Program-made: the position numbers and the translations under genes
Notes under the pieces: generated by a model
What the model saw: the letters and a program-made list of their open reading frames with translations, nothing else
Told to the model about the DNA's origin: nothing
Databases searched by the model: none
Shown: positions 34,947 through 45,387 of the stretch, piece by piece
How positions within the stretch are numbered: the first letter of the stretch is position 1
Layout of the letters: each line of letters begins with the position of its first letter
NCBI GenBank assembly: GCA_964452565.1
Contig: CAYVLY010000001.1
Span: 14,638 to 78,637, forward strand
Source of the DNA: an uncultured Gammaproteobacteria bacterium
GTDB taxonomy: Bacteria > Patescibacteriota > Patescibacteriia > UBA9934
Length of the DNA: 64,000 nt
Direction: 5' to 3'

Positions 34947-35303
34947 ATGACGAGATGGCAGCCATATCACAAGCTAGTAGCATACAAAGAGGCAGATGCA
35001 TTTTTGAAGAAAGTCTATGGGGCGACTGCATGTTTTCCAAAATCGGAAATGTATAATTTGACATCGCAGTTTAGAAGAGCAGCGCTGTCTGTCGTTTTGA
35101 ATATAGTAGAAGGTCAGGCAAGGGGTTCTAAGGCAGATATGAGAAGGTTCCTGTTTATATCCAGAGGTTCATTAGCTGAGTGCGCTTACCTACTAGAATT
35201 TTCTCGAGAAATAGGATATATAGATGCCAGTAAATACGAGGAGTTGGAGTCACAAAGGCGTAAAGCTGGATATCTTTTGCAAAGACTGGTTGATAGCCTC
35301 TAA
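34947..35303 (+). CDS. Four-helix-bundle protein (TIGR02436 / Avd-like, '23S rRNA intervening-sequence protein' family)
   Basis: YKLVAYKEADAFLKKVY ... NLTSQFRRAALSVVLNIVEGQARGS ... FLFISRGSLAECAYLLEF is the characteristic family pattern. Flanked by short inverted repeats (tgataagaggt) at 34891-34941 and 35301-35345. Confidence 0.8.
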   Translation: MTRWQPYHKLVAYKEADAFLKKVYGATACFPKSEMYNLTSQFRRAALSVVLNIVEGQARGSKADMRRFLFISRGSLAECAYLLEFSREIGYIDASKYEELESQRRKAGYLLQRLVDSL

Positions 35304-35345
35304 TCACTTCTGATCACTTCTAAAACCTCTTATCATTTTCATAAC

Positions 35346-35924
35346 ATGAAATACGCGCAGCATAGGTCGAACATGAGGAAATCAAGTAGAAAAGTGCCAT
35401 GGAAGATCATTGGCGGAATTTTTGGTGGATTGATTGTCATCCTTATTCTGTTTATTGTTTTTTCAGGGGGCGAAAATACACAGGAGATAGATCAAGTGGT
35501 AGAAGTGGATGATTCAAACCAAGACTTAACAGTTGAAGTTATCCAATCAGATTCGTCAGATGATGCAAGTGTTGAGTATGAAGAGATTGAGTTAATTGTT
35601 GTAGATGGTTCGGGAAGCTCTGGGATTGCTCGTATAGGATACACTGGCGATTTGTTCACTCATGTTGTTGTAGCCTCTTTGCCAGGGATTGACACAGGGT
35701 TTTATTTTTATGAAGGTTGGTTGGTTAAGCCTGGCATTGTAGATTTCTTTTCAACAGGTGAAATGTTTCCACGCGAAGATGGTAAGTGGGGACTTGTTTG
35801 GGAGGTTGATGAATTAAATGCTCTGGATGATCTTGATGAATATACTCAAGTTGTTATTACTCTTGAGCCGCGAGACGATAATCCAGCACCTGCGGCACAT
35901 CATATACTTGAGGGGGAGTTCTAA
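35346..35924 (+). CDS. Signal-anchored hypothetical protein with acidic linker and C-terminal beta-rich domain
   Basis: TM WKIIGGIFGGLIVILILFIVF, then a D/E-rich segment, then YEGWLVKPG...STGEMFPREDGKWGLVWEV (weakly RskA-C-like). Confidence 0.5.
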   Translation: MKYAQHRSNMRKSSRKVPWKIIGGIFGGLIVILILFIVFSGGENTQEIDQVVEVDDSNQDLTVEVIQSDSSDDASVEYEEIELIVVDGSGSSGIARIGYTGDLFTHVVVASLPGIDTGFYFYEGWLVKPGIVDFFSTGEMFPREDGKWGLVWEVDELNALDDLDEYTQVVITLEPRDDNPAPAAHHILEGEF

Positions 35925-35927
35925 TTT

Positions 35928-37271
35928 ATGAAAATCGCAATCATCGGAACCGGCTATGCCGGATTAGTTACAGGAGCATGTCTTGCATCGCGCGGACATG
36001 AGGTTGTTTGTGTTGATATTGATGAGAGTAAGATCAATGCGCTGAAGAATGGTGAGATACCAATCTACGAGCCAGGTCTCACAGAAATCGTGCAAGAGGG
36101 CATTGATCGAAATTTGCTAACATTCACTACTTTGGCTTCTGAAGCTATTCCAGGGGTTCAGGTTGTGTTTTTGGCAGTAGGAACTCCGCCAGCTGACGAT
36201 GGTTCTGCAGATCTAAAGTATGTATTTCAGGCAGTTGAGGATATTGCACCATATTTATCAGAATCATGCGTGGTTGTTAGTAAAAGTACTGTGCCAGTTG
36301 GTACAAATGCGAAAATCAAGGATAGGATTCTCATACTCCGTCATCCTGAACGCAGTGAAGGATCTACTCGAGTAGATTCTTCGGCAGTGCCTCAGAATGA
36401 CAGTGGCGATATTTTTGTAGCATCAAACCCTGAGTTTTTGCGCGAAGGTAAGGCAATAGATGATTTTATGAAGCCTGATCGTATTGTGTTGGGTGTTGAC
36501 TCACCGCAGGCGACAGCTGTTCTAAAAGAGGTTTATAAGGATTTTGACTGTCCGATCTTGGACGTCTCAATCGAATCAGCTGAGATGATCAAGTACGCAT
36601 CAAATGCATTTTTGGCTGCAAAGATTTCATTTATTAACGAGATTGCCAATATTTGTGAAGGAGTTGGAGCAGATGTGAAGGATGTGGCGCGTGGGATGGG
36701 GTCAGACCCAAGAATCGGACCTGCATTTTTAAATGCAGGAATTGGATATGGGGGTTCCTGTTTTCCCAAGGATGTGCGAGCGCTTGATCAGATCGCTGGT
36801 GTGAATGGCTACGATTTCAAGCTTTTAAAGTCAGTTATCCAAGTCAACAATGACCAGCGCTGGAGATTTTATAAAAAGGTAGAAAAGGTTTTAAAGGGGG
36901 TAGAGGGAAAAAAGATCGCAATTCTTGGCTTGGCATTCAAGGCAGGAACTGATGATATTCGTGAATCAATTGGAATTGACTTTGCTCAAAAGTTTATCGA
37001 AAATGGCGCGCGAGTTTCAGTTTACGATCCTCAAGCTATGGATAATGCTCGTGAGGTTCTTGAAAGAGTTGGGTTTTACGATTCGATCGAAGAAGCTGCT
37101 AAAGGATCAGATGCGATCGTAATTACCACTGAGTGGAATGAATTTAAAGACTTTGATTTTTCAAAAGTCGCGGATCAAGTTAGCCAAAAACTAGTATTTG
37201 ACGGCCGTAATATCTTGTCTAGAAAAAATATCGAGAATCAAGGATTTAGGTACTTTGGAATCGGTCGTTAG
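35928..37271 (+). CDS. ugd: UDP-glucose 6-dehydrogenase carrying an in-frame 63-nt palindromic element insertion
   Basis: N-terminal MKIAIIGTGYAGLVTGACLA Rossmann motif, SNPEFLREGKA, catalytic GGSCFPKD. Between VPVGT and NPEFLREG it carries ~20 extra residues (LRHPERSEGSTRVDSSAVPQNDS) encoded by the family-C palindrome. Confidence 0.9.
   Translation: MKIAIIGTGYAGLVTGACLASRGHEVVCVDIDESKINALKNGEIPIYEPGLTEIVQEGIDRNLLTFTTLASEAIPGVQVVFLAVGTPPADDGSADLKYVFQAVEDIAPYLSESCVVVSKSTVPVGTNAKIKDRILILRHPERSEGSTRVDSSAVPQNDSGDIFVASNPEFLREGKAIDDFMKPDRIVLGVDSPQATAVLKEVYKDFDCPILDVSIESAEMIKYASNAFLAAKISFINEIANICEGVGADVKDVARGMGSDPRIGPAFLNAGIGYGGSCFPKDVRALDQIAGVNGYDFKLLKSVIQVNNDQRWRFYKKVEKVLKGVEGKKIAILGLAFKAGTDDIRESIGIDFAQKFIENGARVSVYDPQAMDNAREVLERVGFYDSIEEAAKGSDAIVITTEWNEFKDFDFSKVADQVSQKLVFDGRNILSRKNIENQGFRYFGIGR
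36340..36402. repeat. Palindromic repeat element, family C (H1-H2 arrangement), inserted in-frame in ugd
   Basis: gtcatcctgaacgcagtgaaggatctact-cg-agtagattcttcggcagtgcctcagaatgaca. 63 nt = 21 codons. Confidence 0.8.
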
Positions 37272-37356
37272 AGTGTGGACAAGTTTCTTTAGAAAAACCA
37301 GCAAAAAACGTATAATAGTCACGTAAATTTAAATACATTTTTAATTAAATTGTTTT

Positions 37357-39498
37357 ATGTCAGAAACATTAAGAAAACGACTTACATCCTATCTTGGCAT
37401 TGCGGTCATTGCTATGATGGTGTTTGGCGTTCTAGCTTCAACCTTCCAGGTGCCGACAGCGAGGGCAGTTGCAGGTGACGGAGCATCAAGTGCTATAACA
37501 TTACTTGATACAAATGCAAACGGAAAACTTGACCGAATTACATTTAGTGTTGCAAATCCAAACACAGAAACCTGGTCATTGACAGGAGCCTCACCTAATG
37601 GATTTTCAGTAACTGACGATGGTGCAGATATTACTATTACTACAGTTTCAATTACATCTGCAGCTGATGCTAACCCAGTTCTCGTGCAGGTAAATCTTGA
37701 TGAGTCAGATACGGACTTAAGTGTAGATACAGCCAATACAGGTGCAACTGGATTGGAGCTTATCTATACTCAGGGGAATTTAGGGTCAAACTGTGTGGCT
37801 CAGGCTTGTCTAACAGATGACACAGATGAAGAGCTTAATGTTATAGCAACTGGGGATAGCGGCGGAACGGATACAGAGGCAGATGGTGCCGCACCGCAGA
37901 TTGCGTCATTCTCATATGCTGATGGTGGAACAGGAGATGGAAAGGTGAGTGCAATGACTGTTACATTTACTGAGACTCTTGATACAGCATCAGTCTTGGG
38001 AGCAAATGATCTCACTTTTACTAATGTTGGAGATTTTACAGCAGCAGCTTTTGGAAGTGATGCAACAGATCTGGTAACGTCTGGTGTTTCTAGTGTTACT
38101 GTGACATTAGGTACAGGTTCAACAGCAGTGGATACTCGTGAAAATTCTGGAACAATCGCTGTTAGTTCACAAAATTTATTCTCACTAACAGATGGGACTA
38201 CTGCCAACACCACACTGGGAGCTCAGACGCAGGCAACATTCCTAGATACAATGAAACCAGTTATAACCTCAACTACACCAACAGATGCTTCCTCAGTACA
38301 GTCACGAACAAATGCACTTGTTTGGAACTTCTCAGAGGCTATGGCTACTGCCGGAGGATGGACAGAGGGTGCAGCTGCAGCTGCTGAGTTTGAGGCATCT
38401 CCAGATCCAGGAGGATGGGGAACTCCAGCATGGAGTAACAGTGACAAGACGGTTACTATCTCTCACGCACCATTCTTGTGTATTACAGATTACACAATGA
38501 CAACCGACGATACTCAAATCAATGCTGCAAACGGTGAAAGCGGATTTGTAGCGCTTAATGATGCGGCCACAACTCCAGTAGGTGTTGCATCAACCTTCAC
38601 AACAATGTCTTGTGGAACAGCATCAACATCTGCGGCTGAAGATACAGAGACAACCTACGAAATAGATGTTCTTACACCAAACGGCGGCGAAACTCTTACA
38701 GAAGGTGAAGAGTATGAGATCACATGGGAAGCAGATCCTGAAGGAGAATATTACATTGATCTTTACTATCTAGACGGCGAGGATTACGTGGAGATTGCAA
38801 CACAAGAAACAAACGATGGATCGTACACATGGGAGGTCCCAGCAGATGTTGAGGATTCATTAGTGAAAGTTGTATGGACAGACCTCGCAGATGAGCTAGA
38901 TTCAGATACATCAGATGCTGATTTTAATGATACAGACGGAGTTAGCGAAGCTGAAGAAGAGGAAGTAGCAGACGAAGAAGAGGAAGTAGCAGACGCTGAA
39001 GCAGCAGAAGCACCATCTGGAACAGGAATATCTCCTGTGACAGGTGAAGAAGAAGAGATAACAGCTGTAGAACCAGGAGATTTCATCACAAGCCCTTCAT
39101 TCTCTACTGTCTACTATGTAACAGAAGACTTTGAACGAAGAGCGTTCATAAGTTCAGCAGTATTCTTCACATATGCTGATTCATACGATGAAATCAAGGA
39201 TGTAACAGATGCAACACTTACAGCATTAACTCTTGGAGACAACATGCTTCCAAACCCAGGAGTAGTACTAGTGAAAGTACAGTCTGATGCTAAGACATAT
39301 GCTGTAGATGACAGCTATAACCTAAGATGGATTACATCTGAGGAAGTAGCAGAAGATCTATACGGAACAGACTGGGCAGATTACATCATTGATATAGAAG
39401 CAACATTCTTTGCATCATTTGGAGCAGGAGACGATGTTGATTCAACTGATGACCTTACCGTGGGTGATATGAAGACACGGGAGGAAGTCTCACAATAA
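37357..39498 (+). CDS. Large secreted surface protein, paralog 1 of tandem family (beta-sandwich repeats, acidic linker, conserved C-terminal module)
   Basis: Signal peptide MSETLRKRLTSYLGIAVIAMMVFGVLASTFQVPTARA. Shares an N-terminal region with the 41750 gene and a Kre9/KNH-like small beta module (GEEYEITWEADPEGEYYIDLYY...GSYTWEVP). Its E-rich linker and C-terminal module are identical over ~100 aa to the 39626 gene. Confidence 0.75.
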   Translation: MSETLRKRLTSYLGIAVIAMMVFGVLASTFQVPTARAVAGDGASSAITLLDTNANGKLDRITFSVANPNTETWSLTGASPNGFSVTDDGADITITTVSITSAADANPVLVQVNLDESDTDLSVDTANTGATGLELIYTQGNLGSNCVAQACLTDDTDEELNVIATGDSGGTDTEADGAAPQIASFSYADGGTGDGKVSAMTVTFTETLDTASVLGANDLTFTNVGDFTAAAFGSDATDLVTSGVSSVTVTLGTGSTAVDTRENSGTIAVSSQNLFSLTDGTTANTTLGAQTQATFLDTMKPVITSTTPTDASSVQSRTNALVWNFSEAMATAGGWTEGAAAAAEFEASPDPGGWGTPAWSNSDKTVTISHAPFLCITDYTMTTDDTQINAANGESGFVALNDAATTPVGVASTFTTMSCGTASTSAAEDTETTYEIDVLTPNGGETLTEGEEYEITWEADPEGEYYIDLYYLDGEDYVEIATQETNDGSYTWEVPADVEDSLVKVVWTDLADELDSDTSDADFNDTDGVSEAEEEEVADEEEEVADAEAAEAPSGTGISPVTGEEEEITAVEPGDFITSPSFSTVYYVTEDFERRAFISSAVFFTYADSYDEIKDVTDATLTALTLGDNMLPNPGVVLVKVQSDAKTYAVDDSYNLRWITSEEVAEDLYGTDWADYIIDIEATFFASFGAGDDVDSTDDLTVGDMKTREEVSQ

Positions 39499-39520
39499 AA
39501 TCTGACATAGATTAAAAGTA

Positions 39521-39548
39521 AAAACCCCCGCTCTTGCGGGGGTTTTTG
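39521..39548 (+). terminator. Rho-independent terminator
   Basis: aaaacccccgc-tctt-gcgggggttttt. Confidence 0.7.
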
Positions 39549-39583
39549 TATCCACACATTAACTCAAGCGCAAGTGAATATCT

Positions 39584-39592
39584 TGTTATAAT
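39584..39592 (+). promoter_or_regulatory. Extended -10 element (TGtTATAAT) upstream of paralog 2; same motif at 41723-41731 upstream of paralog 3
   Basis: cttgTTATAATgat is duplicated in front of both downstream paralogs. Confidence 0.35.
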
Positions 39593-39625
39593 GATCAATG
39601 AAGTATTACTCTGAACCACCAACTT

Positions 39626-41671
39626 ATGTTGAAAATTCTATCAGGAAGTTTTTTTGCGATCATACTGTGTATGATCTGGTTTGTATTGCCAGCAGGAAAT
39701 GCTCATGCTGCAAATGCAATTTCGGCAAAGGTATGGATAGATGCAGATGCAGATGGGACAGTCGATCACATCAAGCTTACCTGGGATGCAAACATTACCC
39801 AGTGTACTTATGAAGCAGGGGATTGGACGGTTAATAATGCCAGTCCCCTGACCATTGCGATTACTGGAATTAATACTTCCGATCCAGAAGGGAATGGCGA
39901 TGGAGCCTGTGACGGAAACGATGCAGTTATTTATGTATCTGTCACAGCAGACGCTGGTGAGACAAGCTCTGGAGCTGCTCCAGTTATTTCATATACTAAT
40001 CAGGGAACAGCTAATTCACTTCAAGACTCCGGCGTTATTACAAACAAGCCGAGTATTTCATGTCTAGACGGGGCTCCCCCGCAAATAATCACAGCTAAAT
40101 ATTCAGATCTAGACGCAGACGGAATGATTGATCAGTTTACAATTGATTTTTCAGAGGTTCTGGTTGCGGCATCTGTTTTAGCGGCAGATAATCTCACATT
40201 AACAAATGTAGGAGATTTCACTTCTGCGGCATTTGGAAGCAGTACAACTGATTTAATTACAGGCGTTGTCGGTAATGCAAATGTGACACTTGGCACTGAG
40301 GCGTCTGTCAAAGATACGTTTGAAGGTTCTAGTAATATTGCTATTACAACGGTAGATGGAAACGCAGCTTTTACATTAGAAGATACAAATGGGAACATAA
40401 ATACAACTCCAAAGCTAGAGACGCAGATTACTTTTGAGGACAATGCTAAGCCAATTATTACAAGTGTGACTCCAGATGTAGGCTCTGTTGCTCAATCAAG
40501 AACAGACGCGTTTGTATGGAATTTTTCAGAGCAAATAGATTCATCAGGGGGTTGGGTAAGTGGCGCCGAGTTTTTACCAATACAATCTATAAGTGGCTTT
40601 GGAGCCGCTGTTTGGAGTAATAGCGATACAACAGTAACTATCACACATGCACCACTATTATGTGTAACTAACTATGTTATCGATACTATACCCATGGAGA
40701 TTGATGCTGTTAATGGCAGTGTTGGGTATACACAGCTGCAACCAGGTTTTGGTATGGATTTCACAACCATGTCCTGTTCCACAGATTCAGACTCAGATTC
40801 ATCAACAGCAGTTGAGGTGACCTATGACATCGAGGTACTCACACCAAACGGGGGCGAGACTCTAACAGAAGGTGAAGAGTATGAGGTCACATGGGAAGCA
40901 GATCCTGAAGGTGAGTATTATATTGATCTTTACTACCTAGACGGCGAGGATTATGTAGAGATTGCTACACAAGAAGCAAATGATGGATCATACACATGGG
41001 AAGTGCCAGAGGGTGTCGAAGATTCGATGATTAAGGTTATATGGAATGATTTGGCCGATGAGTTAGATTCAGACACGTCAGATTCAGTATTTAATGCAAC
41101 CGAGGATGCTACTGATACAGATGATGATGCTGATACAACCGATGATGAAGACACCACTGAGGACGCAGACGAAGAGGCAGCAGAAGCACCATCTGGAACA
41201 GGAATATCTCCTGTGACAGGTGAAGAAGAAGAGATTACAGCTGTAGAAGCAGGTGACTTCATCACAAGCCCTTCATTCTCTACTGTCTACTATGTAACAG
41301 AAGACTTTGAGAGACGAGCATTCATTAGCTCAGCAGTATTCTTCACATATGCTGATTCATACGATGAGATCAAAGATGTAACAGATGCAACGCTTACAGC
41401 ATTAACACTGGGTGACAACATGCTTCCAAATCCAGGAGTAGTACTAGTTAAAGTGCAATCTGATGCTAAGACGTATGCTGTGACTAGTGATTCTCAGCTC
41501 GGGTGGATTGAGAGCGAGGACGATGCCATTGAGATTTATGGAGAGGATTGGGCGGATTATGTTATTGACATCGAATCTGTTTTCTTTGGTCAATTTACGA
41601 TCGGAGACGATGTTGATGACCCAGAAGATGTTGAGCTTATCGAAATGAAGACACGTGAGTCCTTACAATAG
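39626..41671 (+). CDS. Large secreted surface protein, paralog 2
   Basis: Signal peptide MLKILSGSFFAIILCMIWFVLPAGNAHA. 40830-41470 is ~85-90% nt-identical to 38660-39300 in paralog 1 (gene conversion). Confidence 0.75.
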   Translation: MLKILSGSFFAIILCMIWFVLPAGNAHAANAISAKVWIDADADGTVDHIKLTWDANITQCTYEAGDWTVNNASPLTIAITGINTSDPEGNGDGACDGNDAVIYVSVTADAGETSSGAAPVISYTNQGTANSLQDSGVITNKPSISCLDGAPPQIITAKYSDLDADGMIDQFTIDFSEVLVAASVLAADNLTLTNVGDFTSAAFGSSTTDLITGVVGNANVTLGTEASVKDTFEGSSNIAITTVDGNAAFTLEDTNGNINTTPKLETQITFEDNAKPIITSVTPDVGSVAQSRTDAFVWNFSEQIDSSGGWVSGAEFLPIQSISGFGAAVWSNSDTTVTITHAPLLCVTNYVIDTIPMEIDAVNGSVGYTQLQPGFGMDFTTMSCSTDSDSDSSTAVEVTYDIEVLTPNGGETLTEGEEYEVTWEADPEGEYYIDLYYLDGEDYVEIATQEANDGSYTWEVPEGVEDSMIKVIWNDLADELDSDTSDSVFNATEDATDTDDDADTTDDEDTTEDADEEAAEAPSGTGISPVTGEEEEITAVEAGDFITSPSFSTVYYVTEDFERRAFISSAVFFTYADSYDEIKDVTDATLTALTLGDNMLPNPGVVLVKVQSDAKTYAVTSDSQLGWIESEDDAIEIYGEDWADYVIDIESVFFGQFTIGDDVDDPEDVELIEMKTRESLQ

Positions 41672-41682
41672 AAAGTATAAAT

Positions 41683-41725
41683 AATAAGCACCGAGTGTCC
41701 ACAGGGCATTAGGTGCTTATTTTGT
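41683..41725 (+). terminator. Terminator hairpin
   Basis: aataagcacc-19 nt loop-ggtgcttatttt. Confidence 0.55.
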
Positions 41726-41749
41726 TATAATGATTAAAGATTACGGCCT

Positions 41750-43813
41750 GTGAATTGCGCAGTTTTTGAATATTACAAATCGTTTATCGCCTCAGTCCTC
41801 ATGTTTGGGCTTGTTTTTGGTTTTGTAATCCAGATTGAGTCAAATCAGGTACATGCAGCAGGTGGAGATGGCGCAACAAGTGATATCTCTTTGTTAGATA
41901 CTGATGCAGACGGTGTACTTGACAGAATAACGTTTAGAATTGCAAATCCAAATACTGAGACATGGAGCCTAACTGGACTATCACCACATGGTCTTCAGGC
42001 CCAGTGGAGCGGATCAGACGTAACAATAAATAGCGTTTCAATAACTTCAGCAGCTGATGCGAATCCAGTTTTAATTCAAGTCGATTTAGATGAGAGTGAT
42101 GCAGATTTGTTAGCAGATACATCAAATACGAATTTGGAGCTTGGCTATGTTCAGGGTAATCTCGGATCGAATTGCACAACAGAAGCTTGTATCACTGATG
42201 ATACAGACGAGGAGATGAATGCCATAGTCTTAGGCTCTAATACTGGTCCAACAAACATCGAAAACGATGGAGCAGCGCCCGTAATAGCACAATTTCGATA
42301 TAAAGACCGTTCAGGTGATGGGATTGTTGATCGTGTTCAGCTGAGGTTCACAGAGACAATAACAGCTGCATCATCTTTAGCCAGGAATGACTTATTAATA
42401 ACAAATGTTGGTGATTTTACTGATGCTGCGTTTGGAGGAAATACTGATGATCTGGTTACTGGGTCTTTGCAAGAAGTAAACATTAACTTGGGCACGGATG
42501 CTTCAGTGGTTGATACATATGACGATACTGCAACCTTTGCAATAAGTACTCAAAATGGATTTTCAATTACAGACGGAACAAACACCAATAGCACTCTTGG
42601 TGCACAAACACAGGCATCGGTGAGGGATAGGGCAAATCCAGTTATCACAAGCACAACTCCAACCGATGATACTACAGTACAATCAAGAACAAACTCTGTT
42701 GTGTTCAACTTTTCAGAGCCGATGGTGACGACCTTTGCGGAGGGAACCCAGTTTGAATCAACCCCAGATCCAGGAAACTGGAGTGCAACAGCTAGTAATG
42801 GTGATGAGACGATCACACTTACTCACAATAACTTCCTATGCATAACCGATTATGTAATCACAACAACTGAAGCATTTGTTCTTTCTGCGAATGGTGACGC
42901 ATTATTTAAGCCATTAATTGAAACCGGACCATTTGATGGAACGCTGTCTTTTACAACAATGTCATGTGGCTCAGAGTTTATCGAGGCACCTGAGTATTCA
43001 TTAGAAGTTGATGATCTATCTTGTGATGCTCAATTGCTCGAAGGGGATGAATACGAGATAACCTGGAGCAGTTCACATGATGATCAGTACTATATTGATC
43101 TCTTTTATACTGATTCGAGCGGTGAATATGTAGAGATTGCAACAAATGAGTCAAATGATGAGAGTTACACATGGATTGTCCCTGAAGATCTAGATTCAAC
43201 AACTATCAAGGTTGTGTGGCAAGATCTGGCAGATGAGATTGACTCAGGTGAGGTGGAGCTCACATGCGGGGATCAGGTCGTCGATGACCAAGATGACCAA
43301 GAAGATGGCGATCAAAGTGGTGACGGGGAGCTTGACGATGAGGAAGAAGAGGAAGTTGAGGTTGAAGAAGGTGAATTTAGTGAAGGTGATCTACTGCGCC
43401 TAGATTTCTCCCCGATTGTTTATCATGTGACCTCGGAAGGTACTCGGCGGCCGTTTGCAGACCCGTATACCTATTTCACGCATTATGATTCATTTGAAGG
43501 CGTACAAGTGGTTAGTACTGATCAGATTAGTCAGTTAGAAATTGGAATGCCAATGATGCCAGCGCCTGGAATAGTTTTGGTTAAGACCCCATCAAATCCT
43601 CAAGTATTTGCTATTAATGAGGCTGAAGAGCTGCAATGGGTTGTTTCAGAAGAGCTTGCAATTGTGTTATTTGGAGATAATTGGGCTGACTATGTAATTG
43701 ATATAAACTCCGCAATACTATTTAGATTTACCAAGGGGCAATCAATAGTAACGATTGAAGATTGGAGGTTAGAAGGAAAAGAGATGAAGAGGCGCATAGA
43801 TTTAGCAGGATAA
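41750..43813 (+). CDS. Large secreted surface protein, paralog 3
   Basis: GTG start. Hydrophobic N-terminus ...SVLMFGLVFGFVIQIESNQVHA. N-terminal 250 aa parallel paralog 1 (AGGDGATSDISLLDTDADGVLDRITFRIANPNTETWSLTG...). C-terminal module IVYHVTSEGTRRPF...FGDNWADYVIDINSAILF. Confidence 0.7.
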   Translation: MNCAVFEYYKSFIASVLMFGLVFGFVIQIESNQVHAAGGDGATSDISLLDTDADGVLDRITFRIANPNTETWSLTGLSPHGLQAQWSGSDVTINSVSITSAADANPVLIQVDLDESDADLLADTSNTNLELGYVQGNLGSNCTTEACITDDTDEEMNAIVLGSNTGPTNIENDGAAPVIAQFRYKDRSGDGIVDRVQLRFTETITAASSLARNDLLITNVGDFTDAAFGGNTDDLVTGSLQEVNINLGTDASVVDTYDDTATFAISTQNGFSITDGTNTNSTLGAQTQASVRDRANPVITSTTPTDDTTVQSRTNSVVFNFSEPMVTTFAEGTQFESTPDPGNWSATASNGDETITLTHNNFLCITDYVITTTEAFVLSANGDALFKPLIETGPFDGTLSFTTMSCGSEFIEAPEYSLEVDDLSCDAQLLEGDEYEITWSSSHDDQYYIDLFYTDSSGEYVEIATNESNDESYTWIVPEDLDSTTIKVVWQDLADEIDSGEVELTCGDQVVDDQDDQEDGDQSGDGELDDEEEEEVEVEEGEFSEGDLLRLDFSPIVYHVTSEGTRRPFADPYTYFTHYDSFEGVQVVSTDQISQLEIGMPMMPAPGIVLVKTPSNPQVFAINEAEELQWVVSEELAIVLFGDNWADYVIDINSAILFRFTKGQSIVTIEDWRLEGKEMKRRIDLAG

Positions 43814-43863
43814 AAATATGCATCCGGTGTTCTGGGGACATCGGATGTTTTGTTTCGTGATAA

Positions 43864-45000
<1,137 letters not shown>

Positions 45001-45015
45001 TGATATACTTAGCTT

Positions 45016-45387
45016 ATGCAAACCTTTTTACTGGGGTTACGATATTTCTTTATTGACCTCGTCGGAGGAATTGTGCGTTGGCCAGTGTGGTGGTACACGC
45101 GCGGTCTTTTGTTTGTAGCAAAAGGCGGCGGAGGCTGGATTGGTGGTTATGCAAAATCACTAGCATTAAAGGTGTGGGTGAAGAATCTTTTTGTTCCAAT
45201 GTATGGGATGTATGACTGGCAGAGTAGATTGATCAGCTTTTTAATGCGCTTGGCACAGATTGTTTTCCGTGCGATTGGAGTTTTCCTTTTAAGTATTCTA
45301 GTTTTGGTTGCGATTGTGGTTTATGTTATTGCACCGCCGCTAACCATTGTCACACTGTTTTATCAAATAGTAGCACTTTATGGTTGA
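45016..45387 (+). CDS. Small membrane protein, hypothetical
   Basis: 123 aa, two or three TM helices. 8-nt overlap with the downstream clpC-like gene. Confidence 0.5.
   Translation: MQTFLLGLRYFFIDLVGGIVRWPVWWYTRGLLFVAKGGGGWIGGYAKSLALKVWVKNLFVPMYGMYDWQSRLISFLMRLAQIVFRAIGVFLLSILVLVAIVVYVIAPPLTIVTLFYQIVALYG

Noticed and set aside
39598-39813. 71-aa ORF (MKYYSEPP...) overlapping the start of surface-protein paralog 2
   Set aside because: It sits in a different frame from a gene with a clear signal peptide starting at 39626. It has an extended -10 just upstream but no coding features. Spurious.
38660-41470. Diversity-generating retroelement (TR/VR pair), suggested by two near-identical 300-650 bp blocks in adjacent surface-protein genes
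   Set aside because: Mismatches between the copies are spread over all four bases and are not adenine-specific. Both copies are in-frame coding parts of paralogous genes. No reverse transcriptase is nearby. Gene conversion between paralogs explains it.
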